In this document: positions 21,492 to 35,423 of the stretch, in pieces | Numbering within the stretch: the first letter of the stretch is position 1 | How the letters are laid out: every line of letters begins with the position of its first letter | Assembly (NCBI GenBank): GCA_002269645.1 | Contig: NIVC01001952.1 | Coordinates: 155,102 to 219,101 of the forward strand | Length of the DNA stretch: 64,000 nt | Direction: 5' to 3' | DNA from: Macrostomum lignano | Taxonomy: Eukaryota | Notes under the pieces: generated by a model | Told to the model about the DNA's origin: nothing | The model's input: only the letters and a program-made list of their open reading frames with translations | Databases searched by the model: none | Translations under genes and position numbers: made by a program

Positions 21492-22970
21492 ATGTTGGAC
21501 CTCGTGGCCAGTTTAGTCTCGCGTTCCCCGACAAGGGATATGCAGGTGGACCAGTTGCATCACAACCTTGACAAGCTGAAGACTCACATTAACAAGTCTT
21601 CGTACGGGAATTCCACAAAGATGTACGACAAAGTTCTCGACCAGGAGAGCAAGCATTTTCTACGCCTATTAAAAGAGCAACTAGGCGCGTTGCTGGATAT
21701 CATCGCCGTGGTGATAGTTGTCATGGCGATCGCGTCGCTTATTGGCAATTCTCTGGTCTGCTGCGTGCTCTACCGGCGCCGCAGCCTGCGCACCGTGACA
21801 AACATTTTCCTGCTGAACCTGTCGGTGGCGCAGATCATCCTGGCCTGCGTGGCCATCCCCATCAACTTGTTGAAGCTGTTTGTCTTCTTTGACAACTGGA
21901 ACCTGGGCAACGCTATCTGCACAATGGCCTATTTTGCCAACAGCCTGTGCATCAGCGTCAGCAGCTTCACCCTGGTGTGCATCGCCGTTGATCGCTACCG
22001 CGTCATCGTGTCGCCGTTGAAACCGCGATTCACCAAGCGAGCAGTCAAGCTGATGATTGCAGCTTGCTGGGTGGCTTCCGTGCTGCTGGGCCTGCTCAAC
22101 TGCCGGGTGCTGTTCCCGCACAGCTCAACTAATCAAGTGCAGCGAGTCTACAAGACGCAGGACACCACAGTCTGCGCCTTCATGCCGCTCGACAAGTCCA
22201 TCATCCGGCTGAGCCTGAGCTGCATCAGCTTCCTCACTCAATACGTGCTGCCCCTGGCTTTCATTGTGCTCATCTACGCCCGCATCATCCACACCCTGTG
22301 GATTGCCAAGTCCGTCCTGGGCGGCGCCGGCAACCAGAACGGCGAGGCGGCGGCTAATAACGGCGCCGCACACGGCATGCGCATCGTGACACGCAAGAAG
22401 ACCATCGTGATGCTGGTGGTTGTCATGCTGCTATTCTTCATCTCCTGGTCGCCGATCCACCTGTATGTCATTTCTAGCAACTGGCGGCCGGTCAGCCAGG
22501 GTCACACGGAAATCCTGGCTCACGCGATCTGCTACTGGGTGGCCATGAGCAACATCTGGTACAATCCGATCATCTACGCCTGGCTCAATGGCAAGTTCAG
22601 GCGCTCCCTGGCCCTCATCATCTGCGCCTGCCAGGCCCGACGGCGCGGCGGCGGCGCCATCGGCGGCGGAGGCGGAGGCGGAGGCGGCGCTGGCGGAGGC
22701 AGAGTCGGCGGCGGAGGCGTCGGCGGTGACGGAGGCGGCGGGGCGGCCATCGCCGGCATGGGCGGAGACGAAGATGCCGGAATTGGCGGTCGGGCCAGCG
22801 GCGGCAGCCGGCACTGGGACGGCGACCCGGTGGAGATGGACCTGCTGTACAACCGGAACCCCGGGCCAAAGCAGAAGCCGAAGCCGCAGCACGATTTCGC
22901 ATCATCCGACACCGGCGACTCGAGCCGGAAAGCCCTGGCTGTGGGCTGTCAGAATCGCCGGTCTACCTGA
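21492..22970 (+). CDS. Rhodopsin-family (class A) neuropeptide GPCR, NPY/PrRP/RYamide-receptor-like, intronless
   Basis: Seven hydrophobic segments; GN (TM1), NLSVA/LACVAIP (TM2), AIC..AVDRY (TM3), FISWSP (TM6), YNPIIYAWLN..FR (TM7); N-terminal sequons NKS and NST; first in-frame ATG at 21492; Gly-rich C-tail. Confidence 0.95.
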   Translation: MLDLVASLVSRSPTRDMQVDQLHHNLDKLKTHINKSSYGNSTKMYDKVLDQESKHFLRLLKEQLGALLDIIAVVIVVMAIASLIGNSLVCCVLYRRRSLRTVTNIFLLNLSVAQIILACVAIPINLLKLFVFFDNWNLGNAICTMAYFANSLCISVSSFTLVCIAVDRYRVIVSPLKPRFTKRAVKLMIAACWVASVLLGLLNCRVLFPHSSTNQVQRVYKTQDTTVCAFMPLDKSIIRLSLSCISFLTQYVLPLAFIVLIYARIIHTLWIAKSVLGGAGNQNGEAAANNGAAHGMRIVTRKKTIVMLVVVMLLFFISWSPIHLYVISSNWRPVSQGHTEILAHAICYWVAMSNIWYNPIIYAWLNGKFRRSLALIICACQARRRGGGAIGGGGGGGGGAGGGRVGGGGVGGDGGGGAAIAGMGGDEDAGIGGRASGGSRHWDGDPVEMDLLYNRNPGPKQKPKPQHDFASSDTGDSSRKALAVGCQNRRST

Positions 22971-23490
22971 GTGTCACCTGACTGTAACCTGAGTGTCACC
23001 TGAGTGTCACCTGAATGTAACCTGAGTGTCACCTGACTGTAACCTGAGTGTCACCTGACTGTAACCTGAGTGTCACCTGACTGTAACCTGAGTGTCACCC
23101 GACTGTAACCTGAGTGTCACCTGACTGTAACCTGAGTGTCATCTGACTGTAACCTGAGTGTCACCTGACTGTAACCTGAGTGTCACCTGACTGTAACCTG
23201 AGTGTCACCCGACTGTAACCTGAGTGTCACCCGACTGTAACCTGAGTGTCACCTGACTGTCACCTGAGTGTCACCCGACTGTAACCTGAGTGTCACCTGA
23301 CTGTAACCTGAGTGTCACCTGACTGTAACCTGAGTGTCACCTGACTGTAACCTGAGTGTCACCTGACTGTAACCTGAGTGTCACCTGACTGTAACCTGAG
23401 TGTCACCTGACTGTAACCTGAGTGTCACCCGATTGTCATTCGAGTGTAACCTGAGTGCCAGTCGAATGTCACCTGAGTCTCACCTGAGCG
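22965..23490. repeat. 22-bp (2 x 11) minisatellite (ACCTGAGTGTC-ACCTGACTGTA) starting at the GPCR stop
   Basis: Direct inspection. Confidence 0.95.
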
Positions 23491-24280
23491 TCATTTTAAT
23501 ATCGTGACAAACAAAAGAATTATCAGATGCATCCACCTCAAACAAACGAAAACTTGATGCACTTTACTGTCTGCTGAGTCGCACCAGGGACACACAAAAA
23601 GCACTATCAGTTAAACTGTACTTCTATTGATTCTTGCCGGCGAGTATCCAAGCCTGACAGAGCCTCACACTGTCCAAGTTCTCGAAGCTTTACTTAGGGG
23701 AAAATCCTAATAAATCAATGGTAAGTAATACTTTTTTCTCTGGAGCAGAGAGAGAGAGAGAGAGAGAGAGCCGCGGGAAGTCCGGAGCGGTCCGAGCAGA
23801 GTTTTGCGTCTGTGAATTAACTGAGTGCCCGTCTTAAACCAAGCCCACCTTTGTGCGTCCCTCGCTTGATTGAGTCAGTGACGTTGAGTCAGTGTTCAAA
23901 CGTTAAAACATTGCCGTTTTTCTTCCGCGGCATTTGCTTTGTTGCTTTCGTATCCCCCTTAGCACTGTCAAACACAATTATTATTTTCATATTTTTTGCT
24001 TAGTATTGTACTGGTACAATTCCGATTTCTGCTCCTAGAATCTGTCCTCCGAGAATAGCGCGATTTTCTTCTCTTGCAAAACTCTGTGGCTTTTTGGCAA
24101 ACCGCTATCTATAGCTCGCGTGGAATGCATAAACTACAGGGGGATTGTTAATCCCCTTTTATTAGAATCCCAGGGCTGGTGAGTCTCTCAATTACCTTCT
24201 CTTGTGTCGTCCGTCTCCCTTCTCCCCTGTCTCTTTCATCCCTTAATATGATCCATTTTTGCCGCTTAATACATGTACAA

Positions 24281-24543
24281 CAGGCGTCGGCAAACGACAT
24301 GCGACCCACGAAGCCACTCTAAAACTTCACAATAGCAACCCGGTCCATCATCAAGCTTCGCCTCTTCTCTCCTCTCTCTTATCTTCTCTCGAATCTCATA
24401 CTTCTTCTCTCTCTCTTCTCTTTTCTACTTTATTCCCTCGCCTCTCTTTTCTCTTTCTTCTCTTCTCTCTCTTCCCTCCGACCTGCAGTCACGTGCTAGG
24501 TTTTTTATTTGGCCCTTAAAGTAGAAACGTTTGCCAACCCCTG
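24281..24543. mobile_element. hAT-superfamily MITE, 263 bp, CT-rich interior
   Basis: TIRs CAGGCGTCGGCAAAC / GTTTGCCAACCCCTG (2 mismatches in 15); perfect 8-bp TSD ATGTACAA at 24273-24280 and 24544-24551. Confidence 0.88.
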
Positions 24544-24855
24544 ATGTACAAGGTACTCGCAGGATTCCTTTTACAGGTGTACTTAGTAGACGTTACCATA
24601 CTGACCCACAAATATCTATTTTTATCTGTGTTGTTACTGACGTAAAAAACCGACAAAAAATAAACGTAATCAGTCTCCGCGTGACGAATCCCCTGTTTCT
24701 AAACTTTGCTGTGTAACAAATCTTCAGAAATTGCATTGACATTTTCCTAATTAACTAGAGAGCTTGGATTATCCGGGTTACAGAATCCGTGCTTCATCAA
24801 AAATAAATAGACTGCTCAATGATCAATTTAAAAAAATAGAAGTCATGCAACTAAC

Positions 24856-25242
24856 AGTGACGCACAATGAGAGATTAAGAGTGACGCACAATGACAGATT
24901 AAGAGTGACGCACAATGACAGATTAAGAGTGACGCACAATGACAGATTAAGAGTGACGCACAATGACAGATTAAGAGTGACGCACAATGACAGATTAAGA
25001 GTGACGCACAATGACAGATTAAGAGTGACGCACAATGACAGATTAAGAGTGACGCACAATGACAGATTAAGAGTGACGCACAATGACAGATTAAGAGTGA
25101 CGCACAATGACAGATTAAGAGTGACGCACAATGACAGATTAAGAGTGACGCACAATGACAGATTAAGAGTGACGCACAATGACAGATTAAGAGTGACGCA
25201 CAATGACAGATTAAGAGTGACGCACAATGACAGATTAAGAGT
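24856..25242. repeat. Near-perfect 24-bp minisatellite (AGAGTGACGCACAATGACAGATTA)
   Basis: About 16 essentially identical copies. Confidence 0.96.
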
Positions 25243-26096
25243 GCCACCCGTAAAGAAGAGATTAAAAGAACTCAACCGCTCCATTGGTGAGCAACAATAT
25301 CTCTTTATAAAAAAACTTTTCATATTTTGCATTGTGATTTTTTACTTATTGAAATCCCATTGAATCCAAGCGGATTGAATTTGATTAATGGAAGCACCTT
25401 TCCCATTTGCGTCAGGTAAAATTTCGGTAGATACAGTAAACTGAGGCTGTCCTTTTTGGAGTGAACCTGCATTCGAGATTATTAAGCTTTGTGTTTGCTT
25501 AGCGCGTCCCAATGTCTGTCTCCCGGATCCGTGACTTGCGCACCAACCCCCAATCTTAAACCCAAGCTCAAGCCTAGTCCGGGTTCATCTCTCCAGTTGA
25601 GACGTCCAGCCGAAAGAAAAAAGTCAACAAACATCACCCGATTCCACTCCTTCGGCAGCGGGCATTCCTTCTTTAGCCCTCTCTGGTCTCGCCCGCCCTC
25701 CCGCAACCCCCATCCCAACCCCGGCCGGCTTGAGGGGATGGAGGGATGGATGGATTATGAGTTCTAAGCTGAGGAGAGAGCCGGGCTGATCCCCTCCTCT
25801 CTCTCTCTCTCTCTCTCTCTCTCATTCTCCCTCCTTGTCTCCCAACCATTATTTTTATAGTCCTAAAACCCATTAAGCCGCCTTCTGCTCGCTTGTCTGC
25901 TTTGCCACTTTATGTCTTGAACAGGACAGGACAATTCCGTAAATTGAGAAAAGCAGGGAGGTCTGAGAATCTGAGTACAGAGTTAGAGACTCCTTCTGCC
26001 GAGATCTTAAAAAGCTAAACTTTTCTTTGCTGAGTTCCTTTCACACGGCTTTTTTGTACAGAGAAGCTGTTTGCCTGCCAGCAACCAGCCGGGCCA

Positions 26097-26445
26097 AATC
26101 CCAAATCCCAAATCCCATATCCCAAATCCCATATCTCAAATCCCAAATCCCAAATCCCACATCCCAAATCTCAAATCCCAAATCCCATATCTCAAATCCC
26201 AATTCCCAAATCCCAAATCCCATATCCCAAATCCCAAATCCCAAATCCCATATCCCAAATCCCAAATCCCATATCCCAAATCCCAAATCCCATATCCCAA
26301 ATCCCATATCCCAAATCCCATATCCCAAATCCCAAATCCCAAATCCCAAATCCCATATCCCATATCCCATATCCCATATCCCGTATCACAAATCCCAAAT
26401 CCAAAATCTCATATCCCCAGTACCAAATCCCAAATCTCAAATTCA
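26097..26445. repeat. 7-bp satellite (CAAATCC/CATATCC)n
   Basis: Direct inspection. Confidence 0.93.
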
Positions 26446-26742
26446 AATCCCAAGGGAATCTGCGCAGGTACAAATCTTAAATTGGGTCCGGACCTCTTCT
26501 TACTTATGCCGCTTGATTAGTAGGCGTGAGCAATTGAACCAGGGGAGAATGTATTTCCGATTCGCCAGGCAATTTTATAGAAAGCATTCAAGCATGCTGA
26601 GTGCTGTAGCAAAGCAATTAACCGTGCTAAATACATCTATATAGCTATGTTTTTGGAACTACATTAGCATACCTGGATGGCTCCCTGTTGCCGTTATGAG
26701 ATAAAGACTATCGATTGCTGCTGTCATTCCTCCCTTCTCTTT

Positions 26743-27735
26743 CTGCACCCTCCACCCTGCACCCTCCACCCTGCACTCTCCACCCTGCACTCTCCACCCT
26801 GCACTCTCCACCCTGCACTCTCCACCCTGCACTCTCCACCCTGCACTCTCCACCCTGCACTCTCCACCCTGCACTCTCCACCCTGCATTCTCCACCCTGC
26901 ATTCTCCACCCTGCATTCTCCACCCTGCACTCTCCACCCTGCACTCTCCACCCTGCATTCTCCACCCTGCACTCTCCACCCTGCACTCTCCACCCTGCAC
27001 TCTCCACCCTGCACTCTCCACCCTGCACCCTCCACCCTGCACTCTCCACCCTGCACTCTCCACCCTGCATTCTCCACCCTGCATTCTCCACCCTGCATTC
27101 TCCACCCTGCACTCTCCACCCTGCATTCTCCACCCTGCACTCTCCACCCTGCACTCTCCACCCTGCACTCTCCACCCTGCACTCTCCACCCTGCACTCTC
27201 CACCCTGCATTCTCCACCCTGCACTCTCCACCCTGCACTCTCCACCCTGCACTCTCCACCCTGCACTCTCCACCCTGCACTCTCCACCCTGCACTCTCCA
27301 CCCTGCACTCTCCACCCTGCACTCTCCACCCTGCACTCTCCACCCTGCACTCTCCACCCTGCACTCTCCACCCTGCACTCTCCACCCTGCGCTCTCCACC
27401 CTGCACTCTCCTCACTACCCTACACCCTCCTCTCTACCCTGCACTCTCCTCACTACCCTACACCCTCCTGTCTACCCTGCACCCTCCTCACTACCCTACA
27501 CCCTCCTCTCTACCCTGCACTCTTCTCTCTACGCTCCACCCTCCTCTCTACCCTGCACTCTTCTCTCTACGCTACACCCTCCTCTCTACCCTGCACTCTT
27601 CTCTCTACGCTACACCCTCCTCTCTACCCTGCACTCTTCTCTCTACGCTCCACCCTCCTCTCTACCCTGCACTCTTCTCTCTACGCTACACCCTCCTCTC
27701 TACCCTGCACTCTTCTCTCTACGCTCCACCCTCCC
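26743..27735. repeat. 14-bp minisatellite (CTCCACCCTGCACT) grading at about 27400 into a longer derived unit
   Basis: Direct inspection. Confidence 0.95.
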
Positions 27736-28468
27736 TTCTAACCTCTCCACCGCGGCTCTCTGCATGTCTCGACACTGTCTCAGTGAAAGAGGGGTCCCCC
27801 TACACAGACCTATAAATTGCTCACACCACATTATGCCTCTCAATTGTTTTGTTTGTCTATTCTACCTAATTTTCTCTCGAGAATGCTCCACCTACATAAT
27901 TACAGACCATATGAGCAGCCTGGAGCAAAACAGTCAAAACAAGCTCTGAGGCCTTGAAGCAAACTAACGACCGCTCAGATTTAAGAGGCCAAGAAAAGGT
28001 TTCCTCAGGCGCCATTAGCCAGTACTCTTCTCGGCTGCCGGCTTGCTTCCCATATTCCCTCTTCAGCCTTTTCCGGAGCTCAGCCTGAATCCGGTGTACC
28101 AACTTGGCCCTGTTAATATACATTGCTTATCTTGGGCAAACTTTTTGCAGCTGGCCTGTCAGAAAAAGGAGGAAGTGGGCGTCTCAAACTAATAAATAGG
28201 AGAGAGGGGATTGAATAAAAATAGGGGAGTAGATGCACCGGAAAGTGCCGCTGGAGTCCGGCATACTTCCTAGTTGCTAGGCCAAACTAGCACAATAATA
28301 CAAATGCACACGTTGGTGCAATTTCTATGCTCAGTTAGAAATCATGTGTTGTTGTAAGCAAATGAGTCAGCTTTGCCCGGCTTTTTTATGCTTCAAATTC
28401 AGGATGGCCATACTTTACTGACTTTTGGCATTTTCATTGATATATTGATTACATGATTTTGTAATTGC

Positions 28469-28473
28469 TTGAC

Positions 28474-28507
<34 letters not shown>

Positions 28508-28540
28508 ATTGATTGGTTGATTGGTTGATTGGTTGATTGG

Positions 28541-28603
<63 letters not shown>

Positions 28604-28667
28604 GTTGGTTGGTTCATTAGTCAATTGATTGATTGATTGGTTGATTGGTTGATTGGTTCATTAGTCA

Positions 28668-28751
<84 letters not shown>

Positions 28752-28845
28752 GTTGGTTGATTGGTTGATTGGTCAATCGATTGATTGATTGATTGATTGA
28801 TTGGTTGGTTGATTGGTTGATTGGTCAATCGATTGATTGATTGAA
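28469..28845. repeat. (GATT)n/(GGTT) microsatellite
   Basis: Direct inspection. Confidence 0.93.
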
Positions 28846-29418
28846 AGATCGATTGAATGATGGATGGATATTCTGATTTATTGGTTCAATGATTTATTGA
28901 TCAATGCACGATTGATTGACTGGGTGGCTTATTGATTGTGTTATTGTAAATTAGACGGCTTGTTTATTGACTGCATGGCGACTAGATTACTCAGAGTGTT
29001 GATTGATTGATCGATTAATAAAATTGTGGAGACGAAGAAAAACCGGGGCAAAGTTGCTTGGAGCTCTGTGACAGAAAATTTTTTTCAATTTCTTTTTGAC
29101 AACCCGCTGGCGGGCACAGACTTCCTGACACTTCTGTCCTCAAACTGATGCCGGCAGCTGGCACAAATCCTTGACAGCCGGTGGGAGTCTCCAAGGTATT
29201 TTTCTGCCCTTCAGTATTGATTCCTATTCTAGCGTATGACCTGATCACTGGAATTTTCCAAATGCACTGTACTTTGCTAGCTTTTGTAAGTAGAAAAAGA
29301 AATCGCACACTTCCAAGAGTTTCTCTTTCTTTCGTTAATTAATTAGTTTCAGAACTCAGTACTGCAGCTCCTTTCCCAACTTCTTTCTTTCCCAGAAGCC
29401 TTTCTCTGGACTCCAGTC

Positions 29419-29430
29419 TCGTCTGTATCC

Positions 29431-29526
<96 letters not shown>

Positions 29527-29630
29527 GTCTCCTCTCTATCCTGTCTCCTCTCTCTCTCTCCTGTCTCCTCTCTATCCTGTCTCCTCTCTCTCCTGTCTCC
29601 TCTCTCTCTCGTGTCTCCTCTCTATCCAGT

Positions 29631-29665
<35 letters not shown>

Positions 29666-30120
29666 TCTCCTCTCTCTCTCGTGTCTCCTCTCTATCCTGT
29701 CTCCTCTCTCTCCTGTCTCCTCTCTCTCTCCTGTCTCCTCTCTATCCAGTCTCTTCTCTCTCTCTCCTGTCTTCTCTCTCTCCTGTCTTCTCTCTCTCCT
29801 GTCTCCTCTCTATCCAGTCTCTTCTCTCTCTCTCCTGTCTTCTCTCTCTCCTGTCTTCTCTCTCTCCTGTCTCCTCTCTCTCTCCTGTCTCCTCTCTATC
29901 CAGTCTCTTCTCTCTCTCTCCTGTCTTCTCTCTCTCCTGTCTTCTCTCTCTCCTGTCTCCTCTCTATCCAGTCTCTTCTCTCTCTCTCTCTCTGTCTCTC
30001 CTGTCTCCTCTCTCTCTCCTGTCTCCTCTCTCTCCTGTCTCCTCTCTCTCCTGTCTCCTCTCTCTCTCGTGTCTCCTCTCTATCCAGTATCTTCTCTCTC
30101 TCCTGTCTCCTCTCTCCTTT
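29419..30120. repeat. (CT)n microsatellite grading into a CTCCTGT-modular CT-rich minisatellite
   Basis: Direct inspection. Confidence 0.92.
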
Positions 30121-30676
30121 CTCTCCTTCGGATTAGGTGTATTTATCCTCATCTCTCTTCCCTCTTTATAGTGCGGATGAGGAGAAAGGGAAATATGGAA
30201 GGGAAAGCCGTGGCCGAGACCCAGGAGAAGGCGCAGGCGGTTCCCAAGCAGCTGGCTTACTAAAGAGGAGGTAGTGGTCCCGAACTCTCCCCAGTTTCTC
30301 GGACCCTCTCTCCATAGCAGCAGAACCAGCCTCTCTCATTAAGCCGGCCTGCTCAACTGCATGCACTCCAGCTGCAGAAGGCAATGAGTGCAGACCTGCA
30401 GTTCGCCAAGGGAAATAGAAAAAAAAATTATTCTCAAATTGAGCCGGACAGCTTGAGCTAACCTCTGTATCCACCCCGACCGTAACTGGCTGCACTGGAG
30501 TCATTTCTGGGGTCTGCCAAAGAGGCCCAGAAGGAGAGCTTGGAGTGCCAACTCTTGCCTAAACTCAAACCATTTTCCAGACTGATTGCAGTTATTCCGC
30601 TTTTAGCAAACTTCGTCTCTAAGATGTCCGTATCTTATAGAAATTATTAGATTCTAAGCATCCCCTGCGAAATTCC

Positions 30677-30862
30677 CTGTGTCTCAGTGTCACTCCCTGT
30701 GTCTCAGTGTCACTCCCTGTGTCTCAGTGTCACTCCCTGTGTCTCAGTGTCACTCCCTGTGTCTCAGTGTCACTCCCTGTGTCTCAGTGTCATTCCCTGT
30801 GTCTCAGTGTCACTCCCTGTGTCTCAGTGTTATTTCCTGTGTCTTAAAGTCACTCCCTGTGT
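30677..30862. repeat. 20-bp minisatellite (GTGTCTCAGTGTCACTCCCT)
   Basis: About 9 copies. Confidence 0.93.
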
Positions 30863-31322
30863 CTCAAAGTCCTTTTCAGTGTCTCAGTGTCCATTGCCAC
30901 AGAAGTGCATTCGACCGCAGACAATAAATCCAATTAAGTCGGTCATTCTATCAAGTAGAGATGAAGTTCTGTGGTCTAAACACCTTTAGTTGAAAATTAT
31001 TTACTTTTTTTTAGCCATTAGAAAGGGCATTCCTTTTAGCTCTCTTCTGAGGCCCTGTTCATAAAGCACTGGTCGAACAAATTACAAATTACAAATCGGC
31101 AAAATAATTTGTTTAAAAAAATCAGCTACTGACAAGGTGACAAGAGAAATTTGACAAATTACGAGCGCTATTTCTTCAGGGGTTTCGGCCATAGACTAAG
31201 ACACATGCCTCTGTGTGGGACTGCGTCTGCTACTTGTCTATGGCATAAACCTTGTTTGTACATGGTTACTAGTATAGTGAGCGCGGTTCTATGGTAATTC
31301 CGCGGGGGTGCACTCAGAATGA

Positions 31323-33015
31323 TCAGGGTCCGGCCGCTGACAGATGGCAAACCCGAGCCACCGCCTGCACCAGACAGTCGGCTGAATCAGTCCGAGCGCA
31401 CAGGAAGGCGTGACAGGCGGCGGTGGCGTCGCTATCGACAATAGCGCAGCAGAATATTCGAGGCAGTCTGCGGTGCACAGAGGCGCACACGACTGACTCT
31501 ATGGGGTGGCGCTGGGTGTCTGCGGAGGACGCACGGCTGTCTGGTGCGGCTGCTAATAAACCAGTTGGGGTTAATCTGAAAGTTTATTGGGTTGAAGGTG
31601 ATTGTCCATTTAATAATTTGCATACTGATCTGATGTAATTTTGTCCGCTGAGACAATTCTGCACATCCCGCTGACTCAGCACTCACACACACGCACTCAC
31701 ACACACGCACTCACACACGCACTCACACACACGCACTCACACACACGCACTCACACACACGCACTCACACACACGCACTCACACACACTCACTCACACAC
31801 ACGCACTCACACACACACACTCACACACACGCACTCACACACGCACTCACACACACGCACTCACACACACGCACTCACACACACGCACTCACACACACGC
31901 ACTCACACACACGCACTCACACACACACACTCACACACACGCACTCACACACACGCACTCACACACACGCACTCACACACACACACTCACACACACGCAC
32001 TCACACACACTCACTCACACACACGCACTCACACACACACACTCACACACACGCACTCACACACACGCACTCACACACACGCACTCACACACACTCACTC
32101 ACACACACGCACTCACACACACACACTCACACACACGCACTCACACACGCACTCACACACACGCACTCACACACACGCACTCACACACACACACGCACTC
32201 ACACGCGCCCCCTGACTTTCTAATCCTTAGGCATGTACACTCTCTGTACACTCTCTGACCTTGATAGTTACTGAGCTGATATACAATATTGACAGCTCAA
32301 CCAATGTAACCTTGATAGTTAATAGCCTATCAGACACTCGCCTGTTCACCTCATTCAGTTAATATTCTCGGGTGCTGATTAAATATTCAATATTGCGACA
32401 GGAAGAGGAGAATTACCTTGTCAATGACGGATCCTCTTGTTCTAGAGGCTGTACAGTCAAACCGCCGACCGACACTGTCACCATGGCAACTGGGAGCACT
32501 GAAGAACCTTCTGCAGTTGTCGCCGTCGAAGCCAGCGAATTCCGCTGTCGACGTCTGGCCGCAGCGGCCGCTGCCACCAGCTGCTCAACTGGCTGCTGTA
32601 CAAACTCGGCCGCGGTATTGGAGGCCGCTGCCAGGAGGAGGCGGGCACTCGACAGCGGAACGGCGCCGAGACACTTGGCTGGCACCGCGGCAAGATGCGC
32701 GCGCTGCGGCTTCGGCGGCTGCGGAGGCTGTGGCGGCGGCAGTGGCAACGGCGCCGGTCGCAGTGACAAGAGCCGACGCAGCCGACTCAGGCTGAAAATC
32801 GATTGCCGACGCCGCCGATGCTGACGTCGTGGTTGCTGCGCCGTCGCGGTCGGTGGTAGCGGCGGCGGTGGCGGCGGCGGCGGCTGCTGTGGCCCCGACT
32901 CGTCAGCCTCCACCAGAGCGTCCAGCTGCCGACCACCTGGGCCGCCCCCGGTGCTGCTGCACCTGCTGCGGCTTCTCTGCAGAGCATGTCGGACGCCTTG
33001 CGGTGCAGCGGCCAT
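31323..33015 (-). CDS. Probable PTB/PID-domain adaptor protein; model join(33015-32417, 31536-31323)
   Basis: Exon 1 has a Pro/Ala-rich N-terminus, then AKCLGAVPL...EFVQQPVEQL...VAMVTVSVGGLTV (PTB N-half pattern) and donor AG|GTAATT. The downstream exon reads HPIESVVCASVHRRLPRIFCCAIVDSDATAACHAFLCARTDSADCLVQAVARVCH* (PTB C-half, CHAF.C pattern). The acceptor choice (31536 vs 31552) is uncertain. Confidence 0.6.
31672..32205. repeat. CA-rich microsatellite (CACACACGCACT)n inside the PTB gene intron
   Basis: Direct inspection. Confidence 0.93.
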
Positions 33016-33765
33016 GTTGAGGCAAAGATCTTCGACTCGATGCTGCTTGTGCTAAACTGATTTCCTTTGTCTTGCTTCTTCTCAGAGCCGTATAATTTCC
33101 TGCTTTTCTGTTTAAAAAGTTGCTACAAATTTCAACAAAACGGCAAGACTCCACTGACCTGCCCTGCCCTTGTCTCGCCTTGGCTTTCCATTATACTGTA
33201 GCAGTCTGTGCTCAGACTGCTCTGTCACGACTATTATTTTATTCTTAGCGAATGTCCTGCGCACAGCGTGGGAGCTGCGGGCCCTCTCCACCCATCTACG
33301 AGGCTCCTCAAGGTACTCGAATTTTTACACCCGAACTCTCGAGACTCATGCGTTATCAATGTAGGCGTTACTATTAGAAGAAGCAGAGAAAAAAGAGAAA
33401 TTTCCTGCACGAAAAAGCGCCAATTTGTTCTGAGTCAATCCAGCAAACTCGTGGAATTCAGGGGAACACCTGGGGTTAAAATTAAGCAAAACTATTTCCC
33501 TAACTGGCCACTCGGTCAACTGAAAGTGCAAGATGAAAGCCCAAGTATGCAAGGCAGCTGCTCTGCACATTTGGGCTTTCACAATACAGTCATAAACACG
33601 GTGGCCGGTGCGTTTTACTTGGGCGCAGCTTCAGCATAAGTCAATTTTTTTAGAATTTGCACGGCTGGACAGCGAATCGAAACTAGCGTCCTTGCCTGCA
33701 TTCAGGTTGGGGGATTGGGGCCAACTGAGCTAAACCGGAGCTATGATAGACACTAATACGGTTGC

Positions 33766-34834
<1,069 letters not shown>

Positions 34835-35249
34835 GTTGATACATCATTTCAGCTGAAATACTTGAAAATCTCTAATTATGAGATCTGCGTGGCAATGACT
34901 GCCAGAGGGTTTATTCTGCGATGTGCGTGGGGAAGAATTAAAAAATCCTGGCAATGATCCACCTGTCCCACAGTCACCAAAGCGGCGGTTTCATCTTGCA
35001 AGTCTCTGCCGCGCGTGAGTCGAGCGAGTTTCGGCTGAACTGAAGCGTGCAACCTGCCAGATCCTTTGGGCGTCCGGTTCCATTGAATCGCATCGAGTCG
35101 GGAAATCTCAGTGACGCACAAGCCTTCATCCTGACTTCTTTTCGCTTGAATTGTGAAGCGGTGTTCGCTTTCTTTGATCTTCTTTGCTCGTTTAGACAGA
35201 AGACAGAAGAAGAGTTAACTGCCAACAGTGGATAGTGGAACAGTGGAAC

Positions 35250-35423
<174 letters not shown>

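Noticed and set aside
14298-22992. Antisense/alternate-frame ORFs over the VWA, LINE and GPCR coding regions
   Set aside because: Expected shadows of GC-rich coding sequence with few stops
24856-25242. CRISPR-like appearance of regular 24-38 bp repeats here and at 59107-64000
   Set aside because: The units are contiguous with no unique spacers, there are no cas genes, and the context is eukaryotic
26097-26445. Interstitial telomere
   Set aside because: The unit is GGGATTT/GGGATAT, not TTAGGG or TTTAGGG; kept only as a G4 candidate
27866-30504. Short minus-strand ORFs (IQAELRKRLKREYG..., HAVEQAGLMRE...)
   Set aside because: No domain match recognised and no consistent exon chain
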